Counted from the stretch's first letter, positions 30,517-43,480 are shown. The stretch is DNA of 64,000 bases from Methanomethylovorans sp. (GCF_041447285.1 NZ_JBGMEB010000026.1:1-64000), one strand, 5' to 3'. Translations and numbers: made by a program. The notes: a model not told the origin generated them from the letters alone.

Positions 30517-31404
30517 ATGAAATCAGCTAAAGCATTAACTTTGACATACTTAACACCAGTATCATTTGCTTCTCTGAATGGATCAGACAAAGAAGCAGAC
30601 AATATGTCTAATATTAAAAAAATATCAGTAGGTGTCGAACAATATCCTTACGTTTCATCTCAGGCCATTCGAAGAGCATTGAGAAATCAGCTTGAGGTAC
30701 TAGGCAGAGAACTCTCGGAAGGAGTGGCTGCTTCTCAAGCAAAGGGAGCTGCGACTACAAAGCAAGAACCGGAAAAATATATTGATGATGATCTATTTGG
30801 ATACATGGGAACAGAAAGTGGAGATGGAAACACCAAAGGTGGGTCTACTAAAAGAACTTCTGTAGTAAGGGTTTCGCCTTTGATTGCATTGAATCCATAT
30901 CAAGGAGATCTGGATTTTGGGACTAACTACATGGGTGTAAAAGCTGGCGGTGATCCCAATATCTTTGAAACTGAGATCCATTCTGGCCTTTATAGAGGAA
31001 CCATATTAATCGAGCTTGATAGAGTGGGAAAAGGTGATGGATTCAAAAATGAGATTTCTAACACTGAAAAGGCAGCAAGAGTTAAAGATCTACTTAAAGC
31101 AATTAAAAATCTATGGGCTTCCGGTAGACAAACACGATTCCTTGCAGACATTGCTCCAAAGTTTGTAGTTGCAGCAATGCTTAGCACAAAAAACCCGATT
31201 TTTCTCGAAAGTGTGAAACTTGAAGAAAACGGAATTAATGTTCCGATAATAGAAGAAACTCTCAAGGATTATAAACCTGAAACAATTTCTTCAGTAATTG
31301 GAATGAGAAAAGGATTCTTCACTACTGAAATTGAAAATGCGAAACCTTTGGGAGAAGCATTTGAAGAGATGGAAAAATGGATAGATGAATATTATAAGCA
31401 GTGA
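30517..31404 (+). CDS. cas7: Cas7 (Csh2-like) backbone subunit
   Basis: LTLTYLTPVSFASLNGSD...YVSSQAIRRALRNQL is the Cas7 RAMP glycine-rich/thumb signature. Confidence 0.8.
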   Translation: MKSAKALTLTYLTPVSFASLNGSDKEADNMSNIKKISVGVEQYPYVSSQAIRRALRNQLEVLGRELSEGVAASQAKGAATTKQEPEKYIDDDLFGYMGTESGDGNTKGGSTKRTSVVRVSPLIALNPYQGDLDFGTNYMGVKAGGDPNIFETEIHSGLYRGTILIELDRVGKGDGFKNEISNTEKAARVKDLLKAIKNLWASGRQTRFLADIAPKFVVAAMLSTKNPIFLESVKLEENGINVPIIEETLKDYKPETISSVIGMRKGFFTTEIENAKPLGEAFEEMEKWIDEYYKQ

Positions 31405-32150
31405 TAACTATGTATATCTTTTCGATAGAAGGGGTATCAATAACTGCTTCTTTTCGATCTCCAGAAACTCATACATTTCATAAAACACTTCCACTGCCCC
31501 CAAAAACAACAATAATTGGGATGATGGGGGCTGCTCTGGGATTGAGTTTAGAAGAGGTACATAAATTCGTTACAGACCAAGGTTTCCTAGTAGGAGTTTA
31601 TGGTTTTAATAAAGGATTAATGCGTGACCTTTGGAATTATAGGAAACTCACGGGTAAAGAAAAGAAATACACAGCTGATGATATTAAAAATCGTAGGCAA
31701 TATAGTATCCTAATCAGAGAGTATTTGTTCGAAAATGAATTCACATTCTATTTTGGATCAAATGAACTGGAAAAATTAGAGCAATTAAGATCTGCATTTA
31801 TATCACCAACATATCCACTGACAGTAGGAAATAGTGACGACTTGTTTAAAACATGTAAAATTGGAGATATAATTAAAGAGGAAAAATGCAAACTCAGTAA
31901 GTTTGAGTATACTGTTCTACCTGGAGATTTATCAGAACTTTATAATAATGACATTGATTTTAGCCAGATCCCAGTAGTTCAAACCGTAAACACACCTCAA
32001 GTATTTCTCTTGCCTACAAAATTCATTTTTGAAGGAGACGAAAGAAGAGTAAGTGAACGTCAGAAGTTTACCTTCATAAGCACTCCTGTTAAATTAAAAA
32101 AAGAGATGGATGGATACACTGTAAACGGAAAAAATGTTGTGTTGCTATGA
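31401..32150 (+). CDS. cas5: Cas5 (Cas5h-type) subunit
   Basis: SITASFRSPETHTFHKTLPLPPKTTIIGMMGAALGL is the Cas5 N-terminal signature. It overlaps cas7 by 4 bp. Confidence 0.8.
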   Translation: MITMYIFSIEGVSITASFRSPETHTFHKTLPLPPKTTIIGMMGAALGLSLEEVHKFVTDQGFLVGVYGFNKGLMRDLWNYRKLTGKEKKYTADDIKNRRQYSILIREYLFENEFTFYFGSNELEKLEQLRSAFISPTYPLTVGNSDDLFKTCKIGDIIKEEKCKLSKFEYTVLPGDLSELYNNDIDFSQIPVVQTVNTPQVFLLPTKFIFEGDERRVSERQKFTFISTPVKLKKEMDGYTVNGKNVVLL

Positions 32151-34381
32151 ACACTGTTATTTGGGCTAAACCTGATCAATCCTATGAAGAACACATTACT
32201 GCTTCTTATAGAGCATGGAAACAGACTATTGAAGCAAAAAGAAATCAGATAAGAAAATTCAGTCAAGAATTCGGATTTGATGAAAGACGTTTTTTAATGA
32301 GTTCTCTTTTAAGTGTAGTTTTACATGATATTGGAAAATGTACAGATATCTTTCAGAAAATGATGGTTGCAAAGCAAAAAGGAGAGCACTTTGACTATCA
32401 TGAAAATTACAGACATGAACTTGTATCTTTCATGTATGCAGCTTATGGAAGTGCTGTTTTAATGCAACAAGAAGGTCCATTGGTTGGAAAGCTTCCACTT
32501 GAAGCTCTTGCTGTTTTAGGTCACCATAAAGCAATCAATCCAAGCATGTCATTTTTCGAAAAAGAAAGAACAAATGAAATACCATCTTTGATAGAAGATG
32601 GAATAAAACAGGCGTTGATTCTAGCACAACAAATTTTTGATGAAGAAGGATATACTTTTCCAAATGATCTTTTGAAATTGATCATAAAAGATAATCCATA
32701 TAACAGAGCTTGTAGCTTTTTAAACAATTATGTTGCCAAAATGTATCAAGAAGACAGCAACAATGAAGCAATAAGGCCTACTTACCTACTCTTAAAAGCG
32801 ATATTACATTATTCTGACTGGCATGGTTCTTCAGGTTTAGATGTTAATTATCATTTGCAAACAAAGTCTCTAGAGTTGGTTTCAGAAATTGAAAAGAGAT
32901 GTGAACTGAAAAATATTCATTTTGTCGGTTTGACAGAATTCCAGAAAAACTGTGCCAGCACTTTAGATAATGTGATTGCAATTGCACCTACAGGTAGTGG
33001 GAAAACCGAAGCATCACTATTGTGGGCATTAAATAATCTAGAAAATATGGATGGAGGGAAGTTACTCTATTTATTGCCAACGATGGTTACAGCAAACAGC
33101 ATATTTTTGCGACTTGAAGACTATTTTGGGAAGGGAAATGTGGGACTAACACATTCTACAGCTTCTTTCATGTTCCAGGATGAAGAAGAGAATCAAGAAG
33201 AAAGAAGAAATGTGCTCTTCGATAAATCTTTCATTAAACCTGCAACTGTAGCCACAATTGATCAATTGCTTGTAACCGGATTCAATCATGGAAAATGGAC
33301 ACTTATTGAAGCAAACGCCGCCAATGCTGTAATAGTAATTGATGAAATCCATTCTTATGATTCATGGACATTGGGACTCATCATAAAATCTATTGAACAT
33401 TTTTCTAAGTTAGGAGCTAGGTTCATGTTGATGAGTGCAACCATGCCTAGTTATCTAATAGAAATTTTGTCGAAGGCATTTGCATCTGTAAAAATAATAA
33501 AAGACGATTTGTTGCTTAATTCATGCAGAAATAGATATACCACATTTGACAAATACATTGATGATGCAATTGCAGACATCGAAAAATCAGTGATTGATGG
33601 GAAAAAAACACTTGTTGTGGTTAATAACGTTGCAAAATGCCAAGAGTTGTATGAGAAACTAAGTTTTCTGAGTCCGGTTTGTTACCATTCCAAGTTTACA
33701 TTAGAAGACAGAATAAAAAAAGAAAGTTTCATCGAAAACACCAACCTCCTAATTGCTACCCAAGTCGTTGAAGTATCGTTAGATATAGATTTTGATGTTA
33801 TGTTCTGTGAATGCGCGCCTCCAGATGCAATTGTTCAAAGGGCTGGAAGAGTAAATAGAAGAAGGAGTAAAGCAGATAGTCAAATATTCATATTTAAAGC
33901 TTCAGACATCTCTAAAAGGATTTATGACCCAGATTCAACTGGGTTATTGACCAGTTCGCTCCAGTCTTTTTCAAGTTCTCCCGAAAATTTAACAGAAGCT
34001 GATCTCATTAGAATAGTAGAACAGGTATATTCCCATATTAAGATAGAAGATTCAAAGAATTTCCTTGATGCAAGTGATCAATATGAACAAACACAAAAAA
34101 GGTTATCTGGAGTTTTTGATAATCCTAATAGGGAAGAAACTAATGAAGTTACAAGAAAAATAGACTACTTGCAAATTCCTGTAATCCCACTTCTTTTCAA
34201 AAATGAAGTATTAAAGCTTCCTCCTTCAAGACGCCGTTTATTTGAAATTAAAATGCCTTACTGGTACGTATTGAAAAACAAACAAGAAATCGGAGGTATT
34301 ACCTTTTGTGAAATGGATTATGATTTCGAAATCGGTGCACAATTTAGAAATAACACTGAAGTTTCGAGTTTGATAATATGA
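32147..34381 (+). CDS. cas3: Cas3 fused HD nuclease-SF2 helicase
   Basis: The HD motifs are LHDIGK...HYSDWHGS. The helicase motifs are APTGSGKTEA, VIDEIHSYD and MSAT. Length is 744 aa. Confidence 0.9.
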   Translation: MNTVIWAKPDQSYEEHITASYRAWKQTIEAKRNQIRKFSQEFGFDERRFLMSSLLSVVLHDIGKCTDIFQKMMVAKQKGEHFDYHENYRHELVSFMYAAYGSAVLMQQEGPLVGKLPLEALAVLGHHKAINPSMSFFEKERTNEIPSLIEDGIKQALILAQQIFDEEGYTFPNDLLKLIIKDNPYNRACSFLNNYVAKMYQEDSNNEAIRPTYLLLKAILHYSDWHGSSGLDVNYHLQTKSLELVSEIEKRCELKNIHFVGLTEFQKNCASTLDNVIAIAPTGSGKTEASLLWALNNLENMDGGKLLYLLPTMVTANSIFLRLEDYFGKGNVGLTHSTASFMFQDEEENQEERRNVLFDKSFIKPATVATIDQLLVTGFNHGKWTLIEANAANAVIVIDEIHSYDSWTLGLIIKSIEHFSKLGARFMLMSATMPSYLIEILSKAFASVKIIKDDLLLNSCRNRYTTFDKYIDDAIADIEKSVIDGKKTLVVVNNVAKCQELYEKLSFLSPVCYHSKFTLEDRIKKESFIENTNLLIATQVVEVSLDIDFDVMFCECAPPDAIVQRAGRVNRRRSKADSQIFIFKASDISKRIYDPDSTGLLTSSLQSFSSSPENLTEADLIRIVEQVYSHIKIEDSKNFLDASDQYEQTQKRLSGVFDNPNREETNEVTRKIDYLQIPVIPLLFKNEVLKLPPSRRRLFEIKMPYWYVLKNKQEIGGITFCEMDYDFEIGAQFRNNTEVSSLII

Positions 34382-35034
34382 ATCTTCTCGTTTTCACCTT
34401 AACCCTCACCTCCACTCGTCCCATTCAGGAATCCGGTGCACAGCTTAGAGGATTCTTTTCCACAAAATTCAATGAATACAACCTTCTGCATCAGCACAAT
34501 GCTGACAAGTTCATTTATCGCTATCCAATGGTCCAGTATAAAAAGATAGACAAAACACCTACTGTAATTGGAATAAATGAAGGTGCTGAGGTTTTAAAGG
34601 AAATATATGATGAATATGATAAGATTACACTCAATGGCAATGAGTATGAGATAGTGGAACGAGGGATAACTTACAAAAAAGAAGATTTTGGAATCTCTGA
34701 GAAATTGATCAAATATGAGTTTGTGACACCGTGGTTTGCACTTAACCAGGACAACTACAGAAAATATCTTTCTTTGGATAAAGAACAACAGGCAGAATTG
34801 CTCAACAGGAATCTTGTAGGTAACATGTTATCCATGTCTAAATCCCTGGATTATCAGGTACCTGAAAGGATAAAGTGCCATACTGAGCTGAAGGAGCGCA
34901 GTTCGAGCCTGAAGGGAAATGAGATCATTGTATTCCGCGGTTCTTTTGTTACAAATTTCCAGATACCTGATTATTTAGGCCTTGGTAAATCCGTATCGAG
35001 AGGTTTTGGGACGGTGAAAAAATGCAGCTTGTGA
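34378..35034 (+). CDS. cas6: Cas6 crRNA endoribonuclease
   Basis: The C-terminal glycine-rich loop GLGKSVSRGFGTV is present. Size is 218 aa. Its position after cas3 is unusual for I-B. Confidence 0.75.
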   Translation: MNLLVFTLTLTSTRPIQESGAQLRGFFSTKFNEYNLLHQHNADKFIYRYPMVQYKKIDKTPTVIGINEGAEVLKEIYDEYDKITLNGNEYEIVERGITYKKEDFGISEKLIKYEFVTPWFALNQDNYRKYLSLDKEQQAELLNRNLVGNMLSMSKSLDYQVPERIKCHTELKERSSSLKGNEIIVFRGSFVTNFQIPDYLGLGKSVSRGFGTVKKCSL

Positions 35035-35990
35035 TAAACTCCCATGGTTCTTTCCTTAAAAAGAACCACAACTGCTTTCTGATCAAAAACGAAGATAAAG
35101 TTTTTGAGGTATCCGCAGATAAAGTTGAAAGCATTCTCATCACCACATCAGCAACCATAACCACGGATGCTATCAAATTTGCAGTGGAGAGCAATATCGA
35201 TATAGTTTTTCTGGATCATTTCGGCGACCCTTATGGAAGAGTATGGCATTCCAAGCTTGGAAGCACTACACTTATTCGAAGACGACAGCTCGAGGTCGCC
35301 GAACAGAAGAAAGGATTTGAACTGGCAAGAGGCTGGATAGAAACCAAAATGAACAATCAGATCGATTTCCTTAAAGATCTCAAGAAGAATAGGCCTGAGC
35401 AGCGTGCTGAATTGGATGCATATATTGAAAACATCGAAAGAATGAAAGTTCAACTTCTTGAACTTGATGGTACACTGGAAGAGAAAAGAGGTTCTATTAT
35501 GGGTATAGAAGGCATGGCTTCCAGATACTATTTTGAAGCACTGAGTTTTATCATGCCTGAAAAGTGGAAATTCCAAAGCAGAAGCCGCAATCCTGCCGTA
35601 GATGGATTCAATTGCCTTCTGAATTACGGCTATGGTGTGCTATATTCCATGGTGGAAAAGGCTTGCATCATCTCCGGACTTGACCCTTACGTGGGTTTCA
35701 TGCACACTGATAATTATAACAAGAAGTCACTTGTTTTTGACCTCATAGAGATGTATCGCATCCATGCAGACAGGACTGTAGTTAACCTGTTCTCCAAACG
35801 GCAGGTTAAGGAGGAGTATTTTGACAGCATACCCAATGGTTTGAGCCTGAATAAAGATGGTAAAGCCCTCTTAATCCAGTCACTGAATGAAACTCTGGAC
35901 CAGAGTATGGATTACAATGGAAGGAATGTAAAGATCCGGAACATATTGGAACACGACTGTCACAAAATCGCTAACAGCTTGATAAAATGA
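35022..35990 (+). CDS. cas1: Cas1 integrase
   Basis: 322 aa with GYGVLYS and the nuclease-domain acidic residues. It is followed by cas2. Confidence 0.85.
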   Translation: MQLVINSHGSFLKKNHNCFLIKNEDKVFEVSADKVESILITTSATITTDAIKFAVESNIDIVFLDHFGDPYGRVWHSKLGSTTLIRRRQLEVAEQKKGFELARGWIETKMNNQIDFLKDLKKNRPEQRAELDAYIENIERMKVQLLELDGTLEEKRGSIMGIEGMASRYYFEALSFIMPEKWKFQSRSRNPAVDGFNCLLNYGYGVLYSMVEKACIISGLDPYVGFMHTDNYNKKSLVFDLIEMYRIHADRTVVNLFSKRQVKEEYFDSIPNGLSLNKDGKALLIQSLNETLDQSMDYNGRNVKIRNILEHDCHKIANSLIK

Positions 35991-35997
35991 GGTTTGA

Positions 35998-36291
<294 letters not shown>

Positions 36292-36299
36292 GGCAGCAT

Positions 36300-36902
36300 A
36301 TGGAAGAGACGATAGCTGAGAGCTCTACAATAATAACGATATCGGATGTCCTTGAGTACCAGTTCTGCCCTAGATTCATTTACTTCATGCACTGCTTGGA
36401 TATACCGCAGCATGAAGAAAAAAGATTCAAAGTTATTAAAGGCCGAGAAGTGCATGAGGAACGAAAACTTACAAATAAGGAATATGTAAGGAAAAAACTG
36501 CATTGCGTTCAGAAGGATTCTGAAGTATACCTTGTGTCGAAAACACATCATATCAAAGGCATAGTTGACGAAGTGCTTTTTTTGGAAGATGGCACAGCAG
36601 CACCTTTAGAATACAAGTTTGCGGAGTACAAGGAAAAACTCTTTTCTACTTACAAGTACCAAATAGTCTTGCAGGGGTTATTAATAAAGGAGAACTACGG
36701 TAAAGAAGTGAACAGAGGATATGTTTGTTATACTCGTAGCAATAGCCTGGTGAAAGAATTGGAAATCACCCATTCTGACTACAGTAAAGCAATTGAGATC
36801 GTTGAAGATATCCTGGAAATCATAGAGAAAGGCAAATACCCGAAAGCAACAAGATCCGGAAACAAGTGCATAGATTGTTGCTACAGGAATATCTGCGTAT
36901 AG
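36300..36902 (+). CDS. cas4: Cas4 RecB-like nuclease with Fe-S cysteines
   Basis: The N-terminal Cys is in CPRFIYFMHC. The C-terminal cluster is CIDCCYRNIC. The RecB motif ...HIKGIVDEV is present. It sits last in the operon, adjacent to the leader. Confidence 0.8.
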   Translation: MEETIAESSTIITISDVLEYQFCPRFIYFMHCLDIPQHEEKRFKVIKGREVHEERKLTNKEYVRKKLHCVQKDSEVYLVSKTHHIKGIVDEVLFLEDGTAAPLEYKFAEYKEKLFSTYKYQIVLQGLLIKENYGKEVNRGYVCYTRSNSLVKELEITHSDYSKAIEIVEDILEIIEKGKYPKATRSGNKCIDCCYRNICV

Positions 36903-37015
36903 CCACTATTTTCTTATATTTTTAAACCATTTGATAATTATGCAGCAAGAATCTAAGTGCTGCAAAAGGAGACTTTATAGCCAGTTTTGAGCCAAAAATC
37001 GGAAAAAATTGCGCT
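36903..37015 (+). promoter_or_regulatory. CRISPR leader (A/T-rich, between cas4 stop and first repeat)
   Basis: 113 nt of AT-rich sequence lie directly 5' of the first perfect repeat. Degenerate repeats are found only at the opposite, 43.1 kb end. Confidence 0.55.
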
Positions 37016-40000
37016 ATTCGAAATCAAGATCCACTAAAACAAGGATTGAAACACAGAAATAGGACTCCACGAGGTGCTTACGAGTGAGTATTCGAAATCA
37101 AGATCCACTAAAACAAGGATTGAAACTAGGGGTAGATTTCGCATTCGTCCTGAAACGTGTGAAAGTTATTCGAAATCAAGATCCACTAAAACAAGGATTG
37201 AAACTGGCACGTTATGTTATTACTTTTTCAAAATATAAACATTCGAAATCAAGATCCACTAAAACAAGGATTGAAACTATATACGCCGATACCTCCTTTG
37301 TACTCACACCATCACAGATTCGAAATCAAGATCCACTAAAACAAGGATTGAAACTGGTACACCCCTTTTAAGATCGTGTTTTCTCATATAATATTCGAAA
37401 TCAAGATCCACTAAAACAAGGATTGAAACGTTCCTATCATTACAGATACCTTAGTACCAGCACTAGAATTCGAAATCAAGATCCACTAAAACAAGGATTG
37501 AAACTTGGCTGTGGCAGTAGCCTTCTTAGCCCTTATCTCATTCGAAATCAAGATCCACTAAAACAAGGATTGAAACCCGGCAAGCTCGGTCTAGCTGCAT
37601 TCTTCACGGGAATTCGAAATCAAGATCCACTAAAACAAGGATTGAAACTTCACCTTGTAACCATCTGTTGAAATTCTCTTCTAATATTCGAAATCAAGAT
37701 CCACTAAAACAAGGATTGAAACGTAGCATCGCTCATGCGAATCCCAACTCCTCGGATATTCGAAATCAAGATCCACTAAAACAAGGATTGAAACTTTCCT
37801 GATCTCAATTTCTTCCATATTTCCACTGTCCAATTCGAAATCAAGATCCACTAAAACAAGGATTGAAACAATATCCACTTCCAAACTTTCGCTATATGAT
37901 ATAATTCGAAATCAAGATCCACTAAAACAAGGATTGAAACTCTATAAACTGTTTGGTTCTTCCGTTCACATCATCATTCGAAATCAAGATCCACTAAAAC
38001 AAGGATTGAAACAGAGCACTCACTGGAACATTGTCATCTGACAACATCTATTCGAAATCAAGATCCACTAAAACAAGGATTGAAACAATACTTGGATAAA
38101 GGAGCCATAATCATGAAAACTCGATTCGAAATCAAGATCCACTAAAACAAGGATTGAAACCCAATATGCTATAGACTGCTCACTGCCATATGAAAAATTC
38201 GAAATCAAGATCCACTAAAACAAGGATTGAAACCGGATATAGGACAATTGCAACGCCTCTACCCCTCAGTATTCGAAATCAAGATCCACTAAAACAAGGA
38301 TTGAAACCATTCGCCAACTCCACATGACGGGCAAGGTTGAGCATTCGAAATCAAGATCCACTAAAACAAGGATTGAAACCAGAGAGAACCGAGGAGAGAT
38401 TTGATGCAAGTTAAGCATTCGAAATCAAGATCCACTAAAACAAGGATTGAAACCCATTTATGGTAACCTCTCTTCCAATGCAGGCGTTAATTCGAAATCA
38501 AGATCCACTAAAACAAGGATTGAAACTCAATGGGATTGAAGGACATATAGATAACAGCATCTATTCGAAATCAAGATCCACTAAAACAAGGATTGAAACC
38601 CTCTGGGTAGAAAGTGCCCTGCTCATCGTGGTAGCATTCGAAATCAAGATCCACTAAAACAAGGATTGAAACCAATTGGTGCGGCTCTATCCTCCGCCTT
38701 TTCAACATACGATTCGAAATCAAGATCCACTAAAACAAGGATTGAAACAGCTTCGCCTCGTTGCCGATCTCATCACCGTGCAACCATTCGAAATCAAGAT
38801 CCACTAAAACAAGGATTGAAACCAACTGTACCTACGGTTGCATTATCTGGAATTTCATAGCCGTATTCGAAATCAAGATCCACTAAAACAAGGATTGAAA
38901 CCATAATGGATATACCTTGACTAAAGGCAGTGTCCTATTCGAAATCAAGATCCACTAAAACAAGGATTGAAACATATCTTGCAATACTCGGCACATAGTA
39001 CATGATTTTATTCGAAATCAAGATCCACTAAAACAAGGATTGAAACACCTTCACTTAATCACCTCACGCGATAGCCAGCCTGAGATTCGAAATCAAGATC
39101 CACTAAAACAAGGATTGAAACGTCAGTGTAGCCTCATCTGTGGTCTTGTGGACCAACTATTCGAAATCAAGATCCACTAAAACAAGGATTGAAACAAACT
39201 ATTCTGTACAGAATGTAAGACAGCCATATATAATTCGAAATCAAGATCCACTAAAACAAGGATTGAAACTTTGTATAATAATAAACCATAAACTAATACC
39301 TAAGATTCGAAATCAAGATCCACTAAAACAAGGATTGAAACCTACAAGTCTGACTTGTATAAGCAGGATTGATATAGATTCGAAATCAAGATCCACTAAA
39401 ACAAGGATTGAAACAGTTCCAAGAATCCGGTACAAAACTCAGATGGTGGAATTCGAAATCAAGATCCACTAAAACAAGGATTGAAACCAATGTAACTGAA
39501 GAGGTACAATGGTCAATATTAGATTCGAAATCAAGATCCACTAAAACAAGGATTGAAACTATATGATCGAACGATTATCTTTTCTGCGTTCTCAGATTCG
39601 AAATCAAGATCCACTAAAACAAGGATTGAAACAGGGGTGGATCTCCAGAGTTGAGGACAAATTTGATATTCGAAATCAAGATCCACTAAAACAAGGATTG
39701 AAACAGCAAAACTATCACCCACAGTCAGTGGCTATAGAATTCGAAATCAAGATCCACTAAAACAAGGATTGAAACATTAAATCACTTGCAGAGGCTTTGA
39801 AACATGCTAGCGTATTCGAAATCAAGATCCACTAAAACAAGGATTGAAACTCCCATCCCATCTTTACACCTCCATCAAAAATTCAATTATTCGAAATCAA
39901 GATCCACTAAAACAAGGATTGAAACGCAGTAATCCATAATTGCTGTATGTGCCATTTACAATTCGAAATCAAGATCCACTAAAACAAGGATTGAAACGCT

Positions 40001-43000
40001 GATTCTTTGGCAGCTGGAGTAGCTTTTGCATCCAATTCGAAATCAAGATCCACTAAAACAAGGATTGAAACGATTCCCAGTGTCTGCTTTGATCTGGACA
40101 ACGAGCATTCGAAATCAAGATCCACTAAAACAAGGATTGAAACTCTCATGGGGAAGAAATATCATGAAGAAAAAAACAGTATTCGAAATCAAGATCCACT
40201 AAAACAAGGATTGAAACGCAGTAATCCATAATTGCTGTATGTGCCATTTACAATTCGAAATCAAGATCCACTAAAACAAGGATTGAAACTGTGAAGGTAG
40301 ATGACTTTGTTTGCGGATCCTTCACGATTCGAAATCAAGATCCACTAAAACAAGGATTGAAACTTGACTACAGCCTGCGCTACAGCTTTTGCAATATGTA
40401 TTCGAAATCAAGATCCACTAAAACAAGGATTGAAACTACAGACAGTTGTTTCTGTTTCACCATCGTTCATTATTCGAAATCAAGATCCACTAAAACAAGG
40501 ATTGAAACTGATATCATATGCGTCATATGAAGAGTATCAAAAAAATTCGAAATCAAGATCCACTAAAACAAGGATTGAAACATCTAACCTTGGATCCAGT
40601 GCTCTTACATCTGAAAGTATTCGAAATCAAGATCCACTAAAACAAGGATTGAAACTGGCCTGCTGTACTACATTTGCTGCTGCACTATACAATTCGAAAT
40701 CAAGATCCACTAAAACAAGGATTGAAACTCCAGAACCGGAGCGGGGTTCAAATTGAATTCAAGCAATTCGAAATCAAGATCCACTAAAACAAGGATTGAA
40801 ACTTGTGTATGTGCAACCCTTTCTTCCCTAACTTCAAATTCGAAATCAAGATCCACTAAAACAAGGATTGAAACTGTAAAGTTCTCTACAGATGGAACCG
40901 TTCATAAGTATTCGAAATCAAGATCCACTAAAACAAGGATTGAAACCATAACTGCGAATAAATGGTTGTGGTGCGAACAAATGATTCGAAATCAAGATCC
41001 ACTAAAACAAGGATTGAAACATCAAAAGATGTACATGGTCTTTGTCTGTTTCCATCTATTCGAAATCAAGATCCACTAAAACAAGGATTGAAACTCCAGT
41101 TCCTGAACTCCGGATCAATCGACAATTCCATTCATTCGAAATCAAGATCCACTAAAACAAGGATTGAAACGATGAGCAAGTCTAAGGTTGTCTTTGTCGA
41201 TAATCTATTCGAAATCAAGATCCACTAAAACAAGGATTGAAACCTTTGTCCCCGACTAGGTGTTTTCTCTCCTTTGCAATTCGAAATCAAGATCCACTAA
41301 AACAAGGATTGAAACCCTGTTTTGGTCCTCTCGGTCAGATGAGGACCGCAAATTCGAAATCAAGATCCACTAAAACAAGGATTGAAACAGTATGGCCCTT
41401 ACAACAAGCCCAGATACACTATAATTCGAAATCAAGATCCACTAAAACAAGGATTGAAACTACCTCAGATTGACTAACTCTCCCTGTATTTTGTATTCGA
41501 AATCAAGATCCACTAAAACAAGGATTGAAACAGATTGTCTGTAGCTCCATTGCTAGATTTGACCCGAATTCGAAATCAAGATCCACTAAAACAAGGATTG
41601 AAACTGGCAACCTGGTCAAGCTCCCATTTGCTCTGCACAGAATTCGAAATCAAGATCCACTAAAACAAGGATTGAAACAAGGAAGGATAGGAGTAGTACT
41701 CAGAGCAGTATAGATTCGAAATCAAGATCCACTAAAACAAGGATTGAAACCTTGCCATTTGATAAGCATCAAAGCTCAGTTGGGCATTCGAAATCAAGAT
41801 CCACTAAAACAAGGATTGAAACCACCGTTGACGCAACAGCAGGCGCTGCAACCGTTCAGGATTCGAAATCAAGATCCACTAAAACAAGGATTGAAACCCT
41901 ACTGCACCGATCCCGGCTAGGACCATTAGAATAAGATTCGAAATCAAGATCCACTAAAACAAGGATTGAAACTCAATTGTCATGATTACTCCTTCCTCAA
42001 AACATAAACAATTCGAAATCAAGATCCACTAAAACAAGGATTGAAACTATGGCATCAGTTGTGCAAAGAAAAGACCGTGTGAAATTCGAAATCAAGATCC
42101 ACTAAAACAAGGATTGAAACTTCGTTTGCCTCGACTGATCAGATAGTCTGCAGTCCTATTCGAAATCAAGATCCACTAAAACAAGGATTGAAACGGCTGT
42201 ACATTTTGCTTACAGTTAGGACAGTATTTATTCGAAATCAAGATCCACTAAAACAAGGATTGAAACATTCACAGTTGCACAAGGACTGGATGCGGTTGGT
42301 TTATTCGAAATCAAGATCCACTAAAACAAGGATTGAAACCCTCTTTATTCTTACCTATGGGAATGCCTGCAGCATATGATTCGAAATCAAGATCCACTAA
42401 AACAAGGATTGAAACAGATACTGATCTATTGACACATTGACTCTGTCCTTCAATTCGAAATCAAGATCCACTAAAACAAGGATTGAAACACATAGTATAA
42501 GTGCTCACGATCCGGGCAGTACAATTCGAAATCAAGATCCACTAAAACAAGGATTGAAACTTCAATGTGCTTACATCAGACGCCTTATTGTTGATTATTC
42601 GAAATCAAGATCCACTAAAACAAGGATTGAAACTATATATGGGTAAAATATTGAAGGGAATTATAATCCTATTCGAAATCAAGATCCACTAAAACAAGGA
42701 TTGAAACGTCCAATGTCCAAGGCGGCGCGAAGCACTTCACTCATTCGAAATCAAGATCCACTAAAACAAGGATTGAAACTACTTTGTGATAGTTAGCAGA
42801 TGGAGGGATGTAGAATTCGAAATCAAGATCCACTAAAACAAGGATTGAAACGTAACCATAAAGAAGGTGAAGAAGTAATGCCCGGAGAATTCGAAATCAA
42901 GATCCACTAAAACAAGGATTGAAACCTCAGTATCTTCCCATAAATAATACGTAATTGTGTCTATTCGAAATCAAGATCCACTAAAACAAGGATTGAAACC

Positions 43001-43147
43001 GCACAGCATCGAAGGCAGTGGTTACCACGGTTCTGAATTCGAAATCAAGATCCACTAAAACAAGGATTGAAATGCAGTAAGCTGATACTGGCCAAGATAG
43101 GTTCTTTTGCATTCGAGAGCAAGATCCATCATAACAAGGATTGAAAC
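37016..43147 (+). CRISPR. CRISPR array of about 83 units plus one degenerate terminal repeat
   Basis: The 37-nt repeat is ATTCGAAATCAAGATCCACTAAAACAAGGATTGAAAC. The period is about 72-76 nt and spacers are 34-39 nt. The penultimate repeat ends GAAAT. The last repeat (43111-43147) carries four substitutions. A decayed remnant, ATCCAGTAAAACAAGGATAGAA, lies at about 43195-43216. The 3' ATTGAAAC handle places the crRNA on the + strand. Confidence 0.95.
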
Positions 43148-43480
43148 TGTGGCTCTGCTACCCAAATATAGTCAAATTTCAATATTTATAGAATTATCCA
43201 GTAAAACAAGGATAGAATAATTTCATTAATCTGTCAGTTTATTCTCTGAAAGTAAATCTACATGCTCCAAAATTTCGCTTGTTCCTTTTCCGATAATTAA
43301 AGAATACTTAAATATAAGCAAAAACATGCAACTATTAAATTTGGACCAGTTGAATGAACATAAAGCAAGCTGATTCTTACAAGTGTCCGGTAATCACATA
43401 AAGAGATAGAAAGGTCTGGCGCGGAAATGAAATGCGCTGTAATTGAGATATGATTTTATGATCGTTTTGAGGTTTTCGCA

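Noticed and set aside
37084-42646. About 25 track ORFs inside the CRISPR array on both strands, with recurring peptides IRNQDPLKQGLKL, SKSRSTKTRIET and SILVLVDLDFE.
   Set aside because: These are translations of the 37-nt repeat in different frames, interrupted by spacers. They are not genes.
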